DNA of 64,000 nucleotides from an uncultured Acidobacteriota bacterium (GTDB lineage Bacteria; Acidobacteriota; Vicinamibacteria; Vicinamibacterales; Fen-181): NCBI GenBank assembly GCA_963813585.1, contig CAWEZL010000001.1, positions 118,056 to 182,055 of the forward strand, read 5' to 3'. Shown piece by piece: positions 59,065 to 64,000 of this stretch (position 1 is its first letter; each line of letters starts with the position of its first letter). The notes under the pieces were generated by a model. It saw only the letters and a program-made list of their open reading frames with translations, ran no database searches and was not told where the DNA came from. The position numbers and the translations under genes were made by a program.

Positions 59065-59602
59065 GATGCGAACTCATCCCACGAAGTACCTACGTGGTGC
59101 GACGTAGATGACGTTGAGTGGGAGGGTCTCGGCCTGACAGCCTCCAGCGCACTCGCTCCATCTCCTTCGGCACGTGGTCGTAGGAGGACGGCGACCGACA
59201 TGTCACGCCGTTTCTCGCCACGACGCGCTGTATCGTCGAATGGCAGTATTTGTCAGTTGTCAGAACCGCTCAGACAGCCGACTCTGCACGCGCGTCACTG
59301 GTTTTTCGCAGCGAGTGCGCGTGTCGCCAGCGGCGGGTCCTCACCCCAGTGAGACGGAACAAAGGCATTAGGCCGTCGCGACCATGTCAACCTCCGGCCA
59401 ACGACTTCCGCAGGGCACGACTGTTGGAGGGCAGGTCCCCAAGGGAAGTACATCAGCGCGTTTCGCCCTGCACCCGCCGTGCCGGGGTCCCCCGGTGTTC
59501 CTAACCGGCTGGGAACACCGACAGCCTCCTGGTTGTCGCCCAGGCAGCCCCGGTCGCGGCGCCTGCGGGTAGAGCTATGACCAGCTAACAAGGAGCTATG
59601 AG

Positions 59603-59818
59603 ATGAAACGGTCGAAAAACCCGACGGTAAGCCGTCGCAAGCTGGCAAGGCAGGCCCTCCTCCTCGCCATGTTGGGCGCAGCCGCCTACACTGCGCCGGC
59701 CAGCGCCCAGAATCCCTGCGGCCCGAACAACAAAGCCTGCCAGGACGTTGGCTTCCCCGGCTGCTGCGGTGGGAGTTGCGTATGCGGCCCGAATTACTGC
59801 GAATGCGCATGCTGTTGA
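59603..59818 (+). CDS. Sec-secreted cysteine-rich mini-protein precursor (71 aa; predicted 36-aa mature peptide with 10 Cys)
   Basis: AAGGAG RBS 7 nt upstream of ATG. Signal peptide MKRSKNPTVSRRKLARQALLLAMLGAAAYTAPASA. Mature QNPCGPNNKACQDVGFPGCCGGSCVCGPNYCECACC with CC, CxC, CxC and CC motifs. Confidence 0.7.
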   Translation: MKRSKNPTVSRRKLARQALLLAMLGAAAYTAPASAQNPCGPNNKACQDVGFPGCCGGSCVCGPNYCECACC

Positions 59819-59851
59819 CCTCGGTCCGCTCCTAACCGGTTAACGAATGGG

Positions 59852-59883
59852 CCGGGGGAGAGTCCCTGCCCCCTCTCCCCCGG
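59852..59883 (+). terminator. perfect 11-bp-stem hairpin between the peptide gene and downstream enzyme genes (attenuator/terminator-like, no T-tract)
   Basis: CCGGGGGAGAG-tccctgcccc-CTCTCCCCCGG lies 34 nt after the peptide stop codon. The RBS of the next gene follows. Confidence 0.4.
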
Positions 59884-59898
59884 CAGGGGAGGTTCTCA

Positions 59899-60396
59899 GT
59901 GACACTCGAACGAGCTGGCAATTTCGTCGTTCTGCTGGCTGCACTGCTGGTAGTCGGGCTCTATGCGTCTCGAATTGTCGGCCGCTGGGAGATACAGCCC
60001 TCACGCACCTATTCCGTCGGAGACACTTTCCCTGACCTGCCAGGCCATTCGTTCGGTCGATGGGAGCGTTCGATCGTCGCGTTCCTCCACAGTCAATGCC
60101 ACTACTGCGGGGAGAGCATGCCTTTGCTCGAGATGCTCGCAGCCAGATACGCGGGGGGTGGGGTACCCGTGCTGGCAGTCAGCAGAGAAGCTGAAGGGCC
60201 ATTCCGCCAATACCTCTCGCAGCATAGCCCCCAGTTCAGCGACATCATCTCGATCGGATCTGACCCGCGCTTCAAGCTAAGTCTCACTCCAACCCTGGTA
60301 CTAGTGGATCGAAGCGGCCGGGTGCTGTACTCGAAGTCTGGTACTGTCGATGACACCCAACGAGCAATCCTCCTCGCTCAGCTAGACCGTCAGTGA
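59899..60396 (+). CDS. membrane-anchored thioredoxin-fold thiol:disulfide oxidoreductase (TlpA/ResA/DsbE-like, CxxC = CHYC)
   Basis: AGGGGAGG RBS + GTG. N-terminal TM anchor NFVVLLAALLVVGLYA. FPDLPGHSF...SIVAFLHSQCHYCGESMPLL, the typical TlpA-like active-site context. Confidence 0.8.
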   Translation: MTLERAGNFVVLLAALLVVGLYASRIVGRWEIQPSRTYSVGDTFPDLPGHSFGRWERSIVAFLHSQCHYCGESMPLLEMLAARYAGGGVPVLAVSREAEGPFRQYLSQHSPQFSDIISIGSDPRFKLSLTPTLVLVDRSGRVLYSKSGTVDDTQRAILLAQLDRQ

Positions 60397-60414
60397 CGGT
60401 AACACAACAAGGTT

Positions 60415-62355
60415 ATGTCCTTGATCGCGACAACCTCAGGTCCACGCCGCCGAATGAGGCTCGGGGCCTTTGTCAGGCTCAGATCGCGGCCCAGCTCCAT
60501 TCATTTTAGAGCCTTAGCGGCCGAGGCGGGTCCTGGCGTGAATCTTCTCACTTGGTGCACGCAGCGCATCGTCCTGAGACTTTGTCCGCATCACCTTAGC
60601 ATCGTGCTCCTAGTGTCGGAATCGGACGCTCCGCTGCTGCCCTTGCCGTCCACGCCCGGGTGCGAGGCGCTGATAGCGCCCTGGGCAGACGACATGGAAG
60701 CGCTCTGCGACGCCTCGAAACGCTTCGGCTGCCGCCACGCGCTCTTTATGTACCCTGAGGCGGCGTTCGGCCCGGTCGAAGTGTTCGATTCTCTACTCGC
60801 CGCCTTCCATTCCCGGAGTTCCGATGTAGTCAGCGTCCGCGGCTTGCCCGAACCTGTCTCGCCACTTCTTCTGGACGTCCCGAAGCTATCGTCCTTGATC
60901 CAGCGGGCGCGCCTGCGACACTCCACTCCCCACAAAGCCGCGGCCGCTCTCCTGCAGCTGCCGGACACCGAAGCTCTGGGGATCAGCATGGCATCTTACG
61001 ACCTGGCCAGCATCCTGGGTAACTCGCCCCTTCCGAAAGTACCAGGGGAGTTACACCTGGAAACCAGCGGCGATCTCGAGGTGGCGAGGGCCGCGATCGC
61101 CGCCGGCGGCACGCTGTCAGCCTGGTGGGAGGCGTATTACGGAATCAACGGCCGAGCTCCGACCGCGACCGTACCGACGCTGCAGCGAAAAGCAAGTGGA
61201 CGCGCTCGCGCAGGCCGCGCTGGACGGTCTGTAGGCGTCCTTGCAGTGACGAACCCGTCGGCACTTACGGGAGCCGAAGTGGTGTTTGCTGATCTTCTGA
61301 CGGGAGTTGCTGCACAGAGAGTCCCAGTGACCGCGTTAGTGGCGTATGAGGGGGAACTCACGCAGCGACTTCGCTCAGGGGGTGTAAGAGTCGAGTGTTC
61401 AAATGAGGAGTTCGGAGGTATGGACGCGAGCGCCTTTGGGCGGCTTCTTCGGACGCTGCGATCCGTGCGGCCGAGAGTAGTGCACATTAACGGGCATTCA
61501 GGTATGGCGGTCGTCTTGGCTGCAGTCGCCGAAGGCATCCCGGTGGTTACACACGTCCACATTTCTCAGATTGACGCCTGGCGTGGCGTGCTACGTGGCT
61601 CCACCCGCGTAATCGTGGTGTCTCCGCATCTCGTGCCACTCGTAATGCAGCACGACGTACCAGAAAGTCGCATCACGGTGCTGGAACCATGCGTTGACAC
61701 AAGCCGATTCGATCCGCTGCTTGTGGAGCAAGTCCTCTCCCGCAGAGAACTCGGACTGAAGCCGGACGCATACGTAATCGGGATGGTGGCACGGTTTGCG
61801 CCAGGCAAGCGACACGACATCGTACTGGACGCCGTCGCTCGGCTTCGGACGATGTCGAAGAAGCAGCTGCAGATTCTCTTTGTGGGTGAGGCCTTCTCGG
61901 GTGAAAGCACCCGAGCAGAAGTGTGTAGGCGCGCTAGTCGACGAGGGCTGGCTGATTGCATTACCTACGCAGGCTATCAGCGTGACATGCCGAAAGTGTG
62001 GGCATCGCTAGACGTGGCGGTGCTGGCGACCGAGTCTGAGGGCCTGCCTGTGTCCCTCCTCGAGGCGTTGGCTATGCAGGTTCCCGTCGTCGCCAGTTAC
62101 ACGCCTGGCATTGACTTAGCCCTTGACCGCGGGAGGATGGGTAGGATTGTCACAGAGCTTGATCCCGAAGCGTTTGCGAGGAGCATCGCTGAGGCTCTGG
62201 ACGAGCCTTTGGACTCGCGGATCGCGAAGCGCGCGTACATCGAGAGGAACTTCGGGTTGCCAGCTGGTGTCAAACGCCTTGTGACGATCTATCGCGAGCT
62301 TGCTGTGGGTAGATGCCGCTCGCAGGGGTCGCAGGCTCGCAAAGGAGTCCCGTGA
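60415..62355 (+). CDS. two-domain glycosyltransferase: N-terminal ~250 aa nucleotide-sugar-binding-like domain + C-terminal GT4 (GT-B) domain
   Basis: C-terminal GT4 motifs ...RFAPGKRHDIVLDAVARL...ESEGLPVSLLEALAMQVPVVAS (E-x7-E). N-terminal domain unassigned. The stop lies 2 nt before the permease ATG. Confidence 0.75.
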   Translation: MSLIATTSGPRRRMRLGAFVRLRSRPSSIHFRALAAEAGPGVNLLTWCTQRIVLRLCPHHLSIVLLVSESDAPLLPLPSTPGCEALIAPWADDMEALCDASKRFGCRHALFMYPEAAFGPVEVFDSLLAAFHSRSSDVVSVRGLPEPVSPLLLDVPKLSSLIQRARLRHSTPHKAAAALLQLPDTEALGISMASYDLASILGNSPLPKVPGELHLETSGDLEVARAAIAAGGTLSAWWEAYYGINGRAPTATVPTLQRKASGRARAGRAGRSVGVLAVTNPSALTGAEVVFADLLTGVAAQRVPVTALVAYEGELTQRLRSGGVRVECSNEEFGGMDASAFGRLLRTLRSVRPRVVHINGHSGMAVVLAAVAEGIPVVTHVHISQIDAWRGVLRGSTRVIVVSPHLVPLVMQHDVPESRITVLEPCVDTSRFDPLLVEQVLSRRELGLKPDAYVIGMVARFAPGKRHDIVLDAVARLRTMSKKQLQILFVGEAFSGESTRAEVCRRASRRGLADCITYAGYQRDMPKVWASLDVAVLATESEGLPVSLLEALAMQVPVVASYTPGIDLALDRGRMGRIVTELDPEAFARSIAEALDEPLDSRIAKRAYIERNFGLPAGVKRLVTIYRELAVGRCRSQGSQARKGVP

Positions 62356-62357
62356 CA

Positions 62358-64000
62358 TGGGTGCGACAAACGCGTTTCGCACGCGGCCGATAGCGAGTGT
62401 GGCAATGGTCCTGACGTTGTCGCTGGGCATAGGAGCCACCCTGACACTCTTTGCGATCCTCCATGCACTTGTGTTGCGAGAGGTGCCATATCCTGAGCCG
62501 AATCGGATAGTCCGGATCATCCCAAAGAGGGTCGGCAGTCCTCTCACCGGGCTCCTCAGCGGGTTTGACTTCGCCGAATGGCGTTCGAACACCCGGGTGC
62601 TCAGCGCCCTCGCTGGCTACTCTGCCGAGCGGCTTGTGCTGGGCACCTCGGAAAGCGCCACGATCACGGAGGTGGTGCTTGTAACTCCATCGATGTTCCG
62701 GGTGCTGGGTACCCGTCCGTCGCTCGGGCGCGCCTTTCGAGAGGAGGACGCGTTCTCAGGAGCCAACCGAGTGACCATTGTCTGCCATAAGCTGTGGACG
62801 GAGCGCTTTGGCGCGGATCCGTCCCTTGTGGGGCGAACAATCACACTCGATGGGATCCCACACGTCGTCGTCGGGGTTCTTCCCGAATGGGTTCGCTTCC
62901 CGCTGCCGGGCGCCGGTGTTTGGCTTCCCCTCGACCCGCGCTCGGAGGTGCAATCCTTCGAGGACGGTCGAAAAAGGGTCCTGGTCAAGCACCTCTCCGT
63001 TGTGGGGCGTCTCCTTCCGTCGGCTTCGATCCCCGCAGTTCGCGCTGAGGGCGAGGCGGTGCTCCGCGAGCCCCGCACGAGGCTGGAAATCTCGTCTCTG
63101 TGGGATGACACGACTGCCGGGATCCGCATGGCTCTGGCGCTAACGCAAGTTGTGACACTGCTCGTCCTCGCCATCGCCTGCGCCAACGTCGCGAATCTGC
63201 TCTTGGCGGAAAGTGTACGGAGCGCGCGAGATACCGCCCTGCGCCTTGCGCTTGGGGCCTCGCGTCGGTCAGTCCTTCGAGGACTTGTCACGACAGCTCT
63301 GTTGCGAACGGCGCCGGCCGGCCCATTGGGCTACCTCCTCGCATGGGCTGGCGTCGAGTGGTTCCGCCGGCGTGTCCCAGGCGTCGGGCCGCCTCTCACA
63401 GGAGCGATGCTCGAGCCTACTGTGGCACTCGTTGGTGTGTTGTTGACCGTTGGCTCCGGGGTCGGAGCCTCGCTCTGGCCGGCTGTGCGGGCGATTCGAT
63501 CTGGGCTGTCGCTCGTTGCGTCTCGTCACACATCGCCAGATTCTGGTCTCCACCGGGAGGTGGCTGCGGGCGAGCAGGCTGCTGGTCGTGTTCCAGATAG
63601 CCCTTTCCTTGACGCTTGTCGTCGCTACCGGTCTGTTGGTTACATCCGTTCGCCGCGTGCTGGAATCCCAACGATTCCTAATCGCCGACGTGCTCATCGC
63701 GGAGGTCTCGCTTCCAGGATCCCTGACGCACGATGTCGAGTCTCGCCGGTCGAAATGGCTCGCTCTCTTGCAGGGCGTGCGCGAAATTCCGGGGGTGCAA
63801 CGGGCGGCCCTCGCAAGCAGACTACCTCTGCGCGGACAGGGATCGCTGCTCCTGGACGTGTCCGACGAAGCCAGCGACTCTGCTATCGAGTTCACGTCCC
63901 GTCATGGCTCGATCACATCGTACGTACTGGTCAGCGACGAGTACTTCGAGACGCTAGGCCTCCGCTTTACGCAGGGAGGCAGTTTCAGCGGAGCGGATGG
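62358..64000 (+). CDS. ABC transporter permease, MacB/FtsX-type with periplasmic MacB_PCD domains (duplicated 'ADOP'-like architecture); partial at window end; one frameshift ~63530
   Basis: MGATNAFRTRPIASVAMVLTLSLGIGATLTLFAILHALVL (TM1). Periplasmic core domain. FtsX TMs (LALTQVVTLLVLAIACANVANLLLAESVRSARDTALRLALGASRRSVL...). The frame switches to ...RWLRASRLLVVFQIALSLTLVVATGLLV... followed by a second periplasmic domain. Confidence 0.8.

Larger units (their letters stand above)
51778..64000. mobile_element. putative tRNA-Ser-integrated genomic island, extending beyond the window end
   Basis: Integrase starts 2 nt after the tRNA 3' end. Tandem Xis/AlpA genes. Internal ~0.5 kb duplication. 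Cargo visibly lower in GC (~56-62%) than the ~70% backbone. Several genes decayed by frameshifts. attR not located. Confidence 0.5.

Overview
High-GC (~68-70%) bacterial chromosomal window, with gene content that looks Acidobacteriota/Gemmatimonadota-like (an inference from ADOP-type permeases, many secreted peptidases and type III PKS lipid genes). Most real genes lie antisense to very long spurious shadow ORFs, which I ignored.

Backbone, in order:
- a sigma54 two-component operon (histidine kinase, NtrC-type regulator, Met/Gly-rich periplasmic protein, CcmH-like protein);
- a heavily decayed pepF pseudogene;
- a membrane sulfatase, a MATE exporter, and S9 and S10 peptidases;
- an ECF sigma/anti-sigma pair;
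- an FMN riboswitch followed by ribD-ribE-ribBA-ribH;
- a tetR-MFP-RND-OMF efflux operon in which RND and OMF form one continuous ORF;
- sucA;
- a NfeD/flotillin pair convergent with an operon of type III PKS, ICMT-ACP, fatty acyl-AMP ligase and a dynamin-like GTPase (ftp/srs-like phenolic lipid genes plus membrane-remodelling proteins);
- a TolB-like protein, a cheR/hybrid histidine kinase pair, a CBM-EEP secreted protein, acs, an amidohydrolase and a CadC-like wHTH-TPR regulator.

From 51.8 kb a tRNA-Ser(GGA) is followed directly by a frameshifted tyrosine integrase, two AlpA/Xis-like genes, lower-GC cargo with a ~0.5 kb internal duplication and several decayed hypothetical genes, and then the most interesting module. 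That module is a strongly RBS-driven, Sec-secreted 36-residue mature peptide with 10 cysteines, followed by a terminator-like hairpin, a membrane-anchored TlpA-like CxxC oxidoreductase, a two-domain GT4 glycosyltransferase and a MacB/FtsX-type permease that runs off the window end. I read this as a putative novel disulfide-rich (possibly glycosylated) secreted peptide system.

Data caveat: many otherwise conserved genes carry single-base indels, mostly an extra C or G. These are either assembly errors or genuine pseudogenization. pepF carries at least 8.
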